Positions 19,256-28,594 of a stretch of 64,000 nucleotides of DNA are shown piece after piece. Position 1 is the first letter of the stretch. Each line of letters begins with the position of its first letter. Source of the stretch: Rickettsiales bacterium (GTDB lineage Bacteria; Pseudomonadota; Alphaproteobacteria; Rickettsiales; UBA3002); NCBI GenBank assembly GCA_044237845.1, contig JBIIEL010000002.1, positions 6,550-70,549 on the forward strand, written 5' to 3'. Position numbers and translations under genes: made by a program. The notes under the pieces were generated by a model. The model saw only the letters and a list, made by a program, of their open reading frames with translations, was not told where the DNA came from and ran no database searches.

Positions 19256-21096
19256 ATACGCCGATCCTCGGCGCTGAGGCCATTCGCGCGGCGCTCCTCG
19301 ACATGCCGCGTGCGCCGGGTGTCTATCGCATGATCGGCGAGGGTGGCCGTGTGCTCTATATCGGCAAGGCGAAGGATCTGCGCGCGCGCATCACCAGCTA
19401 CGCCACCGCGCGCGACCTCACCACCCGCATCCTGCGGATGATTGCACAAGTAAGCGCCGTCGAGCACGTTGTTACCCAAAGCGAGGCCGAGGCGCTGCTG
19501 GTTGAGGCCAATTTCATCCGCCGCTATCGCCCGCATTACAATATTCTGCTGAAGGACGATAAGTCGTTCCCCTATCTGCGCATCACGGGCGACCATGATT
19601 TCCCGCGCATCGAGAAGCACCGCGGCGCGCAAAATAAAGCGGGTGAGTATTTCGGCCCCTTCGCGAGTGTTGGTGCGCTGAACGATACGCTGGCGCTGCT
19701 GCAGAAAATTTTCCTGCTGCGCCCCTGCTCGGATAGCTATTTCAAGAACCGCACACGCCCCTGCCTGCAATACCAGATCAAGCGCTGCTCGGCACCTTGC
19801 GTGGGGAAAATCAGCGTGAGCGATTATGGCGAGCAGCTCGCCCGCGCGCGAGATTTTCTGCGTGGCCGCGGCCGCGACGTGCAGGACATGCTGACGGCGG
19901 AAATGGATGCGGCGAGCGCGGCGATGGAGTATGAGCGCGCGGCGCAACTGCGCGACCGCATCCGCGCGCTGACGCAGGTGCAGCAGGAGCAAGGACTGCG
20001 CACGGCGGGGCTTACGGATGCCGATGCGATTGCGCTGGCACGCCGTGGCGACCGCAGTGTGGTGCTGGTCTCGTTCTACCGCAATGGCGGGCATTTCGGG
20101 CAGCAGCGCTTCACCCCGCGCCACGAGGCCGAGGCGACCGACGCCGAAGTGATGGCCGCCTTCCTCGCGCAGTTCTACCAGTCGCACACCCCGCCGCCGG
20201 AGATTCTGGTGAGCCACGCGCCCGACGAGGCCGCTCTGCTCGCTGAAGCGTTGCAGCTGCATACCCGCTACGCCGTCGACATCCGCACCCCTGAGCGTGG
20301 CGACAAACGCCGCTTGATGGAACAGTTGAGCGCCAGCGCCGAGACGCTCCTCGCGCAGGTGATGATGGAGCGCGCAAGCGTGGCGAGTCATTTGGAGGCG
20401 CTGAAAAACCTGTTCGGGTTACGCGCGCCGCCTGCGCGGATTGAGGTGTACGACAACAGCCACACCATGGGCACCAACGCCATCGGCGCGTTTATTGTGG
20501 CGACGCCGGACGGGTTCGACAAACGCAGCTATCGCAGCTTCACCATCAAAGACGCAGCGGGTGATGATGACTACGGCATGATGCGCGAGGTGATGAGAAG
20601 GCGGTTTAAGAATAGCGCTACGCAGGATAATCCCGAAGGCCGCGATCCCACCCTCCCCGATCTCCTCCTCATCGATGGCGGGCTGGGGCAGTTGCATGCG
20701 GTGGAAGAGGAGCTAAAAATTCTTGGGATCCAACGCCCCGCGCTCGTGGCGATTGCAAAGGGAGTCGATCGCAATGCCGGGCGCGAATGGTTTTTCATGC
20801 CGGGGTGTGAGCCGTTTCAGTTGCCGGTGAATGACCCGCTGCTCCATTACCTCGAACGGCTACGCGACGAGGCGCATCGGTTCGCGATTGGCAAGCATCG
20901 CAACAAACGCTCGGCGGCGATGACCGTCTCCGCGCTCGATGATATTCCGGGCATCGGCGCCAGCCGGAAACGGGCGCTGTTGCTGCATTTCGGTGCGCGC
21001 GATGCAATTGAAACCGCGAGCCTCGCGGAGCTGGAAAACGTTGCAGGCATCTCGAAAAAAACGGCGAAAGCGATTTATGATTATTTTCATGGGTGA
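19252..21096 (+). CDS. uvrC: Excinuclease ABC subunit C
   Basis: GIY-YIG (PGVYRM...LYIGKAK), RIEVYDNSH, LIDGG, RDEAHRFAI, HhH. Confidence 0.98.
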   Translation: MNTPILGAEAIRAALLDMPRAPGVYRMIGEGGRVLYIGKAKDLRARITSYATARDLTTRILRMIAQVSAVEHVVTQSEAEALLVEANFIRRYRPHYNILLKDDKSFPYLRITGDHDFPRIEKHRGAQNKAGEYFGPFASVGALNDTLALLQKIFLLRPCSDSYFKNRTRPCLQYQIKRCSAPCVGKISVSDYGEQLARARDFLRGRGRDVQDMLTAEMDAASAAMEYERAAQLRDRIRALTQVQQEQGLRTAGLTDADAIALARRGDRSVVLVSFYRNGGHFGQQRFTPRHEAEATDAEVMAAFLAQFYQSHTPPPEILVSHAPDEAALLAEALQLHTRYAVDIRTPERGDKRRLMEQLSASAETLLAQVMMERASVASHLEALKNLFGLRAPPARIEVYDNSHTMGTNAIGAFIVATPDGFDKRSYRSFTIKDAAGDDDYGMMREVMRRRFKNSATQDNPEGRDPTLPDLLLIDGGLGQLHAVEEELKILGIQRPALVAIAKGVDRNAGREWFFMPGCEPFQLPVNDPLLHYLERLRDEAHRFAIGKHRNKRSAAMTVSALDDIPGIGASRKRALLLHFGARDAIETASLAELENVAGISKKTAKAIYDYFHG

Positions 21097-21102
21097 GGCA
21101 GT

Positions 21103-21939
21103 ATGATGAAACAGACCATTACCATTCTGGGCGGCGGCAATATGGGCGGCGCGATGGCGCGGCGCTGGCGGCAAGCGGGGCATGACGTGCAGGTGATTGA
21201 GCGGAATGCGGCGCGTGCTGAGCTGTTGCGGGCGGCGGGGATTGCGATTTATTCGGATATCGAAGCATGTCATGCCGCACGCGTTGCGGCATCCGCGCAG
21301 ACCCCGCAACAGGTGCGGGGTGACAGTTCTGGGGCAATACTCGTCCTCGCGATCAAACCGCAGCAATTCCCTGAGATGAAAGAAACACTGAAAAATTTCG
21401 CCTCCACGCGCCGCGTGGTTTCGGTGATGGCGGGGGTGAACCTTGCGACGTTGGCAGAGCTGTCGCCGCGTGTGGTGCGGGTGATGCCGAACCTCGCGGC
21501 GAGTATGGGTGAGAGCATGAGTGTCTGCGTGGCAGCACCGGCGGTGAGCGCAGCGGAACGGGCGCATGTGACGGCGCTGATGGAAGCGATTGGCCGCGTG
21601 CAGTGGCTCGCCGATGAGGGCGAGATGCATGCCGCCACCGCGCTGGCGGGCTGCGGACCCGGATACCTGTTCGCGTTTATGGAGGCGATAGAAAACGCGG
21701 GCATGGCGCAGGGATTGTCGCCCGAACTGACGCGCGCGCTGGTGCGGCAAACGATGCGCGGGGCGGCGCTGCTGGCGGATGGTGCCGCCGAATCTCCCGC
21801 GCAGCTCGCGAAAAATGTCGCCAGCCCGGGCGGAGTAACACAAGCCGCGCTCGATGTGTTTACCGCCGGTGGGTTTTCGCAACTGGTGGCGGATGCGGTG
21901 GATGCGGCGGTGAAGCGTTCGCGGGAGTTGGCAGAATAG
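21103..21939 (+). CDS. proC: Pyrroline-5-carboxylate reductase
   Basis: GGGNMG, LAIKPQ, RVMPN, VASPGGVT. Confidence 0.95.
   Translation: MMKQTITILGGGNMGGAMARRWRQAGHDVQVIERNAARAELLRAAGIAIYSDIEACHAARVAASAQTPQQVRGDSSGAILVLAIKPQQFPEMKETLKNFASTRRVVSVMAGVNLATLAELSPRVVRVMPNLAASMGESMSVCVAAPAVSAAERAHVTALMEAIGRVQWLADEGEMHAATALAGCGPGYLFAFMEAIENAGMAQGLSPELTRALVRQTMRGAALLADGAAESPAQLAKNVASPGGVTQAALDVFTAGGFSQLVADAVDAAVKRSRELAE
21268..21325. repeat. Palindromic element inserted in frame in proC
   Basis: TGTCAtgccgca-cgcgt-tgcggcatcc...accccgca-acagg-tgcggggTGACA. Confidence 0.85.
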
Positions 21940-21940
21940 G

Positions 21941-22010
21941 CTGAAGGGGGCATCGCCCCCTACGCTACGCTGACCCCCTCCCTTCGGGCTCGCCATGGAA
22001 GGCTACGCAC
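21941..22010 (+). repeat. Family A palindromic element (intergenic)
   Basis: ctgaagggggcatcgccccct...gctgaccccctc...ggctcgccatggaaggctacgca. Confidence 0.9.
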
Positions 22011-22038
22011 GCCTAGAATTCTTACAAAACAACTATTT

Positions 22039-22098
22039 ATTGCACTGCACAAAAGCCCTTGACAAGGTGCGAGCGGCGCATTATATTGCACTGCATCA
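22039..22098 (+). promoter_or_regulatory. Phasin promoter with two TTGCACTGCA (PhaR-type) sites flanking TTGACA
   Basis: attgcactgcac...ttgaca...tatattgcactgcatc. Confidence 0.65.
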
Positions 22099-22173
22099 AA
22101 TCGGCCGATGGGGTCGAGAGAGACAATCACCGCCGCCGTTGCGGCGGTAACATAAAAACTTGAGGAGACCGCT

Positions 22174-22644
22174 ATGCAAAACCCGTTCGCAGATATGATG
22201 AAACAATTCTCGAGCTTCACCGCACCGACCATGCCGACGATGCCCAACATGCCGAACTTCGACATGAGCAAAGTGATGAACGCGGGCCGCCGCAACGCGG
22301 AAGCCTGCTCGGCAGCGACCCAAGCGATGGCAGAAAGCGCACAAGCAATCAGCCGCCGCCAGGCCGAACTCGCCCGCGCGCAAGTTGAAAAAGTATTGAA
22401 AACCACGAAAGACATGCTGGTGAACGGTTCGCCCGAAATCAACACCACCAAGCAAGTGGAATTCGCAAAAACGATGTTCGAAACGTCGCTCAACAACCTC
22501 CGCGAAGTCGGTGAGTTGGTGACCAAGTCGGGCTTTGAGGTGTTCGATGTACTGAACCGCCGCGCCTCGGAATCCATCGAAGAGATGACCGGTGCCGCTG
22601 CGAAGACGACCACCAGCAGCAACAGCAAGCGCAAAGCTGCTTAG
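22174..22644 (+). CDS. Phasin family protein
   Basis: RRNAEA...AISRRQAELAR...FDVLNRRASESIEE; GAGGAG RBS. Confidence 0.9.
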   Translation: MQNPFADMMKQFSSFTAPTMPTMPNMPNFDMSKVMNAGRRNAEACSAATQAMAESAQAISRRQAELARAQVEKVLKTTKDMLVNGSPEINTTKQVEFAKTMFETSLNNLREVGELVTKSGFEVFDVLNRRASESIEEMTGAAAKTTTSSNSKRKAA

Positions 22645-22689
22645 TTCGGTCTGCCGCCCCGCGTTAAAGGCGGCAGGACACATATAAAG

Positions 22690-22722
22690 AACGCCGGGGG
22701 AGCAATTCTCCGGCGTTTTTTT
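22690..22722 (+). terminator. Rho-independent terminator
   Basis: aacgccggggag-caat-tctccggcgtt followed by a T run. Confidence 0.85.
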
Positions 22723-22743
22723 ATGTGTTTCAAGTGATTATCA

Positions 22744-22763
22744 ATCTTCATACAAATGTCACA
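22744..22763 (+). promoter_or_regulatory. Direct-repeat box copy 3
   Basis: ATCTTCATACAAATGTCACA; TAGAGT 21 nt downstream. Confidence 0.75.
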
Positions 22764-22815
22764 CATAGCCTGAATGCTTTAAGCTAGAGTTCATAATGAA
22801 TTCTAGGAGCATGTT

Positions 22816-23331
22816 ATGAGCGAAGAAAAAAAGCCGAAAATACTGATCGTAGAAGACGAATACGCTTGTCGAGATCTGTGCCACAAGGGCCTTAAGGAAG
22901 CTCTCGGCGAAGACGGATATATTGGCCTAGAGGCCACTACTCACGGGCAAGCGGAAGAGATATTTACGCAGAACCCGGATATTTCGGTGATTATCATGGA
23001 TGCCTGCCTTGATGGTGACGCTCAGGATACACTCGGTCTTGTCAAAAAATTCCGAGAAACCTTTAAGGGGCCGATGATTGCAGCTTCTCGTCTAGCAGAC
23101 TATAACACGCTACTATGCAATGCAGGATGCGATTTCAGGGTGAAAAAGAGTCCTAACTTTAACAATAACATCTGGAGCGTTGTGACGACTCAGATACTCC
23201 CCCACCTTCAGCAGATGCAGCAACTAGAGCCACCACAACAACCCTCCGGTGATGGCAAGGTAGTGGAAGGCACACTCGGCACAGAACCGGGATGGATGCA
23301 GGGTAAAACGGAAGGCGGCGGCAACAGTTAA
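22816..23331 (+). CDS. Stand-alone receiver (REC) domain protein with low-complexity tail
   Basis: KILIVEDE...VIIMD...PMIAAS; AGGAG RBS. Confidence 0.75.
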   Translation: MSEEKKPKILIVEDEYACRDLCHKGLKEALGEDGYIGLEATTHGQAEEIFTQNPDISVIIMDACLDGDAQDTLGLVKKFRETFKGPMIAASRLADYNTLLCNAGCDFRVKKSPNFNNNIWSVVTTQILPHLQQMQQLEPPQQPSGDGKVVEGTLGTEPGWMQGKTEGGGNS

Positions 23332-24692
23332 CCCAGCCCCTGCACTTCGCGGGGGAGACGGAGGGTAACCTCTAAGCCCTCAATCTTGCCATCAGCGGCG
23401 CGGCGGTTTTCGAGGGTGACCTCGCCGCCATGGCTTTGGGCGATGGCGCGGGCGATGGAAAGGCCAAGGCCGACACCGCCGGTTTCGCTGTTGCGTGATG
23501 GCTCCAGCCGCGTGAAGGGCTTGAACACGGTTTCAAATTCGGCTTCGGGAATGCCGGGCCCATGATCGGTGATTTTAATGCGGGCAAAGGTGAGGCTGGT
23601 CTCGAGCGCCACCTCGGCACGGCCACCGCCATAACGCAGCGCATTGTCGATGAGGTTGGTGAGCGCTCGGCGCATGGCCATCGGCCGCAGCATGAGGGTG
23701 AGTGGTGCGGCAGCGGCGAGGGTGACTTTTCGTTTACCGCGCGTGTAGCCGCTCACGATGTCGGTGACGAGCAGTGCGAGGTCAATCGGCTCCGGTAGCT
23801 CCCCCGCATCCCCACGCGCGAAATCGAGATACTCGTCGATCATCTGCTTCATCTCGTCGATCTCGGTGGCGAGCGCGCCACGCGTGGCATCATCCACCTT
23901 GCCCATTTCAAGTTCGAGTTTCATGCGGGTGAGTGGGGTGCGCAGGTCGTGGCTGATGCCGGCGAGCATCTCGGTGCGGCTCTGCACATGGCGGCGTGTG
24001 CGCTCGGCCATCATCAGAAAGGCGCGGCCTGCACGGCGTACTTCGCTCGCGCCACGGGGGCTGAATCCATCGACCTCCTGCCCCAGACCGAATTGCTCGG
24101 CGGCGCGGGCGAGCTGCACAATCGGCCGCACCTGATTGCGCAAAAACAGAATGGCGATGATGGTGAGCAGCAGCGCCGACCCCACCATCCAGGCGATGAA
24201 AATAAAGGTGGTGGAACTGGCGAGCCGCTTGCGCGGAAAGCTGAAATCGAGCACGCCGTCTACGGCGTTGACACGGATCGTAACCTCCTCCGGCCCACCG
24301 GAGAGGATCTCAACCGGGGAGGTGATGAGCGTGTTTAAATTGTCGTAGAAGGCAGGGAATTTGCGCCGCCCGCGCCCCTCTTTCAGCATCAGTGAGGGTT
24401 CGTCATGGTAGGTGACGGTGATGCTGAGGCGCTTGCCGCGGCCGATGGTTTGCTCCAGCGCCTCGCGCGTTCCAAATTCATGCTTGAGGCTGCGGTACTC
24501 GTTGGCAAGCATGGCGATATCGGCCGCCGTGGTGGAAGACATATTGCGTACCACACTGTCCCAGTGGCGGTCGTAAAAAATATGCGCGACCAGCAATTGC
24601 AACAGCACCACCGGTACCAGCAAAATCAGCAGCGCCCGTGCAAACAGGCTGCCTGGCGCAAAGCGTTTGAGGCGTTTAAAGCGGATCCGCAT
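23328..24692 (-). CDS. EnvZ-like sensor histidine kinase
   Basis: 2 TM, HAMP, ISHDLRTPLTR, NLIDNALRY, DHGPGIP, GVGLGL. Confidence 0.95.
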   Translation of the reverse strand: MRIRFKRLKRFAPGSLFARALLILLVPVVLLQLLVAHIFYDRHWDSVVRNMSSTTAADIAMLANEYRSLKHEFGTREALEQTIGRGKRLSITVTYHDEPSLMLKEGRGRRKFPAFYDNLNTLITSPVEILSGGPEEVTIRVNAVDGVLDFSFPRKRLASSTTFIFIAWMVGSALLLTIIAILFLRNQVRPIVQLARAAEQFGLGQEVDGFSPRGASEVRRAGRAFLMMAERTRRHVQSRTEMLAGISHDLRTPLTRMKLELEMGKVDDATRGALATEIDEMKQMIDEYLDFARGDAGELPEPIDLALLVTDIVSGYTRGKRKVTLAAAAPLTLMLRPMAMRRALTNLIDNALRYGGGRAEVALETSLTFARIKITDHGPGIPEAEFETVFKPFTRLEPSRNSETGGVGLGLSIARAIAQSHGGEVTLENRRAADGKIEGLEVTLRLPREVQGLG

Positions 24693-25374
24693 AGAGCACA
24701 TAGCCTGCGTGGCGCACCGTTTGCAGATAGATCGGCTTGCCGGGTTGAGGTTCAATTTTCTTGCGCAGGCGATTGATCTGCACATCCACCGAGCGCAGAT
24801 TCTGGACATCGCCAAGTTGCTCGGCGATGGATTCGCGGCTGACCGCCACCCCAGCTGTGCGCGCGAGAATTTTTAAGCAATCGCTCTCACCGCTCGTGAG
24901 GTAAATCACCCGCTCGCCCTGCGTGAGGCGGCCTTGGATGAGGTCGAACCGGTAGTCACCAAACGCGATTGCATCGCGGGGCGCGGGGGTAGGATTCTGA
25001 CGCGCGAGCATGTTCTGAAGCCGCAGTACCAGCTCGCGCGGGGCGAAGGGCTTGGCGAGGTAATCCGCCGCGCCGGATTCAAGCCCGGCGATGCGGTCAT
25101 CCGCCTCCGCGCGGGCGGTGAGCAGCAGAATCGGCGGCGCATCGCCCTTCTTGCTGAGGCGTGCGGCATAGGCGAGGCCGGTCTCGCCCGGCATCATCAC
25201 GTCGAGCACGAGTGCATCCGCACCGAAGGTCGCGAGCAGCGCATCGGCCTCCGAGGTGCCGTTCGCGGTCGAGACGAAAAACCCATGCTCGCTGAGATAT
25301 TGCTTGAGCAGTGCGCGCAGGCGCTCGTCGTCGTCGACGACCAGGATGTGGGGGGTGTTAGCGGTGAGGCTCAT
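24676..25374 (-). CDS. OmpR-family response regulator
   Basis: HILVVDDD, LDVMMPG, KPF, winged helix RSVDVQINRLRKKIE. Confidence 0.95.
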   Translation of the reverse strand: MSLTANTPHILVVDDDERLRALLKQYLSEHGFFVSTANGTSEADALLATFGADALVLDVMMPGETGLAYAARLSKKGDAPPILLLTARAEADDRIAGLESGAADYLAKPFAPRELVLRLQNMLARQNPTPAPRDAIAFGDYRFDLIQGRLTQGERVIYLTSGESDCLKILARTAGVAVSRESIAEQLGDVQNLRSVDVQINRLRKKIEPQPGKPIYLQTVRHAGYVLYADPL

Positions 25375-25400
25375 GCGGGTGAGTATAGTTGCACGTCCGT

Positions 25401-26162
25401 CTATTGCAACGTAATCACGCTCACTTGGCGGCCATAATCCGGCTCGCCGCGGAGCGTGGTGCGGCGGTAGCTGAAGAAATCGGCCTCGCGCACGCATGTA
25501 TCCATAGCAAGGTTACTGACCTTTGCCAAGCCCGCTGCCGCAAGGCGTGTGGTGATATAGGCGGGCAGGTCGAAATAATGATGCCTCGCACGCGTGCTGC
25601 GTGTGAAGAAATTTTCCTGTTCCAGCGTGCTGAAGCGATCAAAAAATTCCGCGCCGACCTCATAGCTCGCTTGCGCGATGGTGGGCCCGAGCACGGCGTG
25701 GATGTTTTCCGTGCGTGCACCTAAACTTTGCATCGAGCGCAGTGTCGCTTCGAGGACGCCGCCGACGGCACCTTTCCACCCCGCATGCGCGGCGCCGATG
25801 ACGCGGGCGACCGGGTCGGCAAACAGCACAGGCCCGCAATCGGCCGTAAGGATGCCGAGTGCAATGCCAGGCGTGGCAGTGACCATGGCGTCTGCCTGTG
25901 GTTTGTTCGCGGGGTCAACGGGCGCGGTGAGGGTCACCACCTCCGCCGAATGGATTTGATAGAGCGTTGAAAGTTGTGATGCGGGAAGCGCAAAATGCGC
26001 AGCGACGCGGCGGCGGTTTTCGGCGATATGCGCGGCATCATCGCGGCTGCCGACGCCGCAATTGAGCCCCGCATAGATGCCCTCGCTCACGCCGCCCTCG
26101 CGGCCGAAGAAGCCGTGGCCAATGCCGGGCAGGGTGAGGGTGGGGTGGGTGAAGGGGGTCAT
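25401..26162 (-). CDS. pgeF: Peptidoglycan editing factor PgeF (YfiH)
   Basis: QIHSA, TADCGPVL, AHAGWKG, FFSYRR. Confidence 0.92.
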   Translation of the reverse strand: MTPFTHPTLTLPGIGHGFFGREGGVSEGIYAGLNCGVGSRDDAAHIAENRRRVAAHFALPASQLSTLYQIHSAEVVTLTAPVDPANKPQADAMVTATPGIALGILTADCGPVLFADPVARVIGAAHAGWKGAVGGVLEATLRSMQSLGARTENIHAVLGPTIAQASYEVGAEFFDRFSTLEQENFFTRSTRARHHYFDLPAYITTRLAAAGLAKVSNLAMDTCVREADFFSYRRTTLRGEPDYGRQVSVITLQ

Positions 26163-26165
26163 GCG

Positions 26166-27236
26166 TTACTCTCCAAACCCGGGCACATCGCGTGCGTCGG
26201 CGGTAATGGCGATGACTTTGAACAGCTCACCCATCGCCTGCGGGGAGATGAGGCGCTCGAGGCCGTTTATGAGATGTGGTTTTTGTTCCGGCGTGGCCTG
26301 ACGCAGCAGCATTTCAAGTCGCAGTTCCGCCCCCATGCGGCGCAAAAATTCACCTTGCGTGATGAGCCCATGCACGCGCGTGCCCGCATCCCCCGCGATG
26401 CGCATGAGGGTCTGAAAATCGACATGCGCGGTGATGTCGGCATCGCCGGGCGCTTCGAGCACGGGGTGAAATACGTGGGATTTGACTGCCTGCAGCGTGT
26501 CGCTATGCGCCTCGCCGAGATAGCCGTAATCGATGATGAGCGAGCCGCCGCCATGCTGGGCAATCTGCTGCGAAATCTGCCGCATGATGCTGCGCGAGGC
26601 GGGGGATTGCTCCATCACCGTGCCGGGCGCAATGACGCTGCCGCTCTTGGCCAGCGCCAGCCCCGGCTCGCCGAGAGTGAAGATGAATTTCTGCGTTTCT
26701 TCGTCCCACCCCACGCGGCGCTCGCGCACGCCTTCTGCGGTCATCACCTGCTGCTTGATCGGCAGCGCATCGAAAAATTCGTTGGCAATGAGGAGTGTTT
26801 TGTTCTGCGGCAGCTCGTCGATGCTGTCGAGCCATTCGATGCGCGGATGCTCGTGGCGCAGGCGCATATATTGCGCGTTGGCGAGCACCGGGCTGGTCTC
26901 GACCATGTGGATGGTGACGGCGTCGTGAAACCCGGCGGTCGATTTGGTGGCGCGCAGCACATCTGCCATCAGCGTGCCGCGTCCGGGTCCGAGCTCCACA
27001 AGGCTCACCGCGCCGCCGCCCGTTTGTTTCCATACTGTGGCGCACCAGACGCCGATCATCTCGCCGAAGATTTGCGAGATTTCCGGTGCGGTGATGAAGT
27101 CGCCCCGCGTGCCGAACGGGTCGTGCTTGCGGTAATAACCATGCTCCGGATGGCCGAGCGCGAGCGCCATATAGTCGGCGATGCTGATGCTCCCCTCGGC
27201 GAGGATGCGGTCACGGGTGAGCGTATAATCGTCCAG
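26166..27236 (-). CDS. SAM-dependent methyltransferase, MidA/NDUFAF7 family (start uncertain)
   Basis: GDFITAPEISQIFGE, VELGPGRGTL, ANEFFDALP, ADITAHVDF. Confidence 0.9.
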   Translation of the reverse strand: MDDYTLTRDRILAEGSISIADYMALALGHPEHGYYRKHDPFGTRGDFITAPEISQIFGEMIGVWCATVWKQTGGGAVSLVELGPGRGTLMADVLRATKSTAGFHDAVTIHMVETSPVLANAQYMRLRHEHPRIEWLDSIDELPQNKTLLIANEFFDALPIKQQVMTAEGVRERRVGWDEETQKFIFTLGEPGLALAKSGSVIAPGTVMEQSPASRSIMRQISQQIAQHGGGSLIIDYGYLGEAHSDTLQAVKSHVFHPVLEAPGDADITAHVDFQTLMRIAGDAGTRVHGLITQGEFLRRMGAELRLEMLLRQATPEQKPHLINGLERLISPQAMGELFKVIAITADARDVPGFGE

Positions 27237-27318
27237 TGCTAGCCGCTAGTGCTAGTCGCTAGTCATACACAACGGAGGACGATGTTCTGCCTTCAGGCCG
27301 CTTTCTCCGATCTGTTAA

Positions 27319-27716
27319 CATAAAAAACGCTCCTGAACATCCTTATATAAAACAAGGAACGTTCAGAAGCGTTAATTTACAAACATCTTCAAAGATGTTT
27401 GTCACGGCAACAACTCCTGATTATTATATCAGCAGTTAATGCTAGCGCCACGATAGCGGGGGCTAGAAGAGTAAGACAGAACAGCCATATAGGTGTATTT
27501 TCTGAACTTACGCCGTCTGTAAATAATAAAACTAATAAGTTGTTCATACCTACGAGTTTATGCCTTGCCTTAGGAGCGTACAGCAAAGCGATTTATAATC
27601 TGCCCCTGATCAAGTTGCCTTTGTGCTTTCATGAAATGAAAAACAGAAAGACAGACAAGAACAGAACCATCTTACCCGAATTTTGGCATAAGAAATGTGA
27701 CAGTTTTGTGAAGATT
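27319..27716 (-). repeat. ~396-bp duplicated cassette, copy 1 (box copy 4 at 27696-27715, leader, small ORF, terminator)
   Basis: Reverse complement aligns end to end with 32509-32904. Confidence 0.95.
27389..27547 (-). CDS. Small hydrophobic membrane peptide (52 aa)
   Basis: MNNLLVLLF...IWLFCLTLLAPAIVALALTADIIIRSCCRDKHL; frame conserved in the second copy. Confidence 0.6.
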   Translation of the reverse strand: MNNLLVLLFTDGVSSENTPIWLFCLTLLAPAIVALALTADIIIRSCCRDKHL

Positions 27717-27721
27717 GATGG

Positions 27722-28501
27722 TTAAGCGCTTTTTGCCGTTATCACTGCCCACAGCCCCACCGCGATCATCGGCAGGCAGAGAAGCTGCCCCATGGTGAGG
27801 CCGAAGGTGAGGAAGCCGAGCTGTGCATCGGGCTCGCGGAAGAACTCCACCGTGAAGCGCGACAGCGCATAGCCGATGAGAAACAACCCGCCGAGCATAC
27901 CGCGCCGCGCCAGCGCATTCGTGCGGGTGGCGAGGGTGAAGAGCAGCGCGAAGAGGAGGATGCCTTCGAGCGCGGCTTCGTAAAGCTGGCTGGGGTGCCT
28001 TGGCAGCGCGCCGCCGTTTGGAAAAATAATGCCCCACGACGCATCCGTCACGCGGCCATACAGCTCGCCGTTGATGAAGTTGGCGCAGCGCCCAAGGAAC
28101 AGGCCGATGGGTGCCGCGACGGCGAAACGATCCATCAGCGCCAACCAGGAGATGTGGTAGCGACGCGCGAAGAGGTAGAACGCTGCGAGCACGCCGATAA
28201 GCCCGCCATGGAATGACATGCCGCCCTGCCACACCGCAAAAATATCTGTCGGATGCGAAAGGAAGTGGGGAAAATTATAAAACAGTACATAGCCCACGCG
28301 CCCGCCGAGGATGATACCGAGCACAGCGTAGAGAATCACATCGTCGCGCGCTTTGGCGGTGAGGAGGGGGGCGCGCCGATCATCCAGCCACGTCACCATT
28401 TTGTACGCGATGAGTATGCCGACCACATAGGCCAGCGCATACCAGCGGATGACCAGTGGGCCGATTTCAAGCGCGATGGGGGAGATGTCGGGGAAATTCA
28501 T
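27722..28501 (-). CDS. lgt: Prolipoprotein diacylglyceryl transferase
   Basis: IRWYALAY, GGMSFHGG, NFINGELYGR, HPSQLYEA, EFFREPD. Confidence 0.98.
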   Translation of the reverse strand: MNFPDISPIALEIGPLVIRWYALAYVVGILIAYKMVTWLDDRRAPLLTAKARDDVILYAVLGIILGGRVGYVLFYNFPHFLSHPTDIFAVWQGGMSFHGGLIGVLAAFYLFARRYHISWLALMDRFAVAAPIGLFLGRCANFINGELYGRVTDASWGIIFPNGGALPRHPSQLYEAALEGILLFALLFTLATRTNALARRGMLGGLFLIGYALSRFTVEFFREPDAQLGFLTFGLTMGQLLCLPMIAVGLWAVITAKSA

Positions 28502-28521
28502 GGGTTGCTCCCGGCTCGGTC

Positions 28522-28584
28522 TGCTGAACTCGCCATGGAGCGCCGCTTCGCGGGCTCATGGCTGACTCGCGCTCCTGCGCTCGC
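28522..28584. repeat. Family B palindromic element (related copies near 5163-5196, 6063-6104, 13885-13936, 39177-39191)
   Basis: Shared ccatggagc...cttcgcgggctcatggct...ctcgc core. Confidence 0.7.
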
Positions 28585-28594
28585 AGTTTCGTGC

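Noticed and set aside
20611-20650. Family A remnant in uvrC (agcgctacgcagg)
   Set aside because: Only about 13 bp match, in a naturally variable loop; insufficient evidence.
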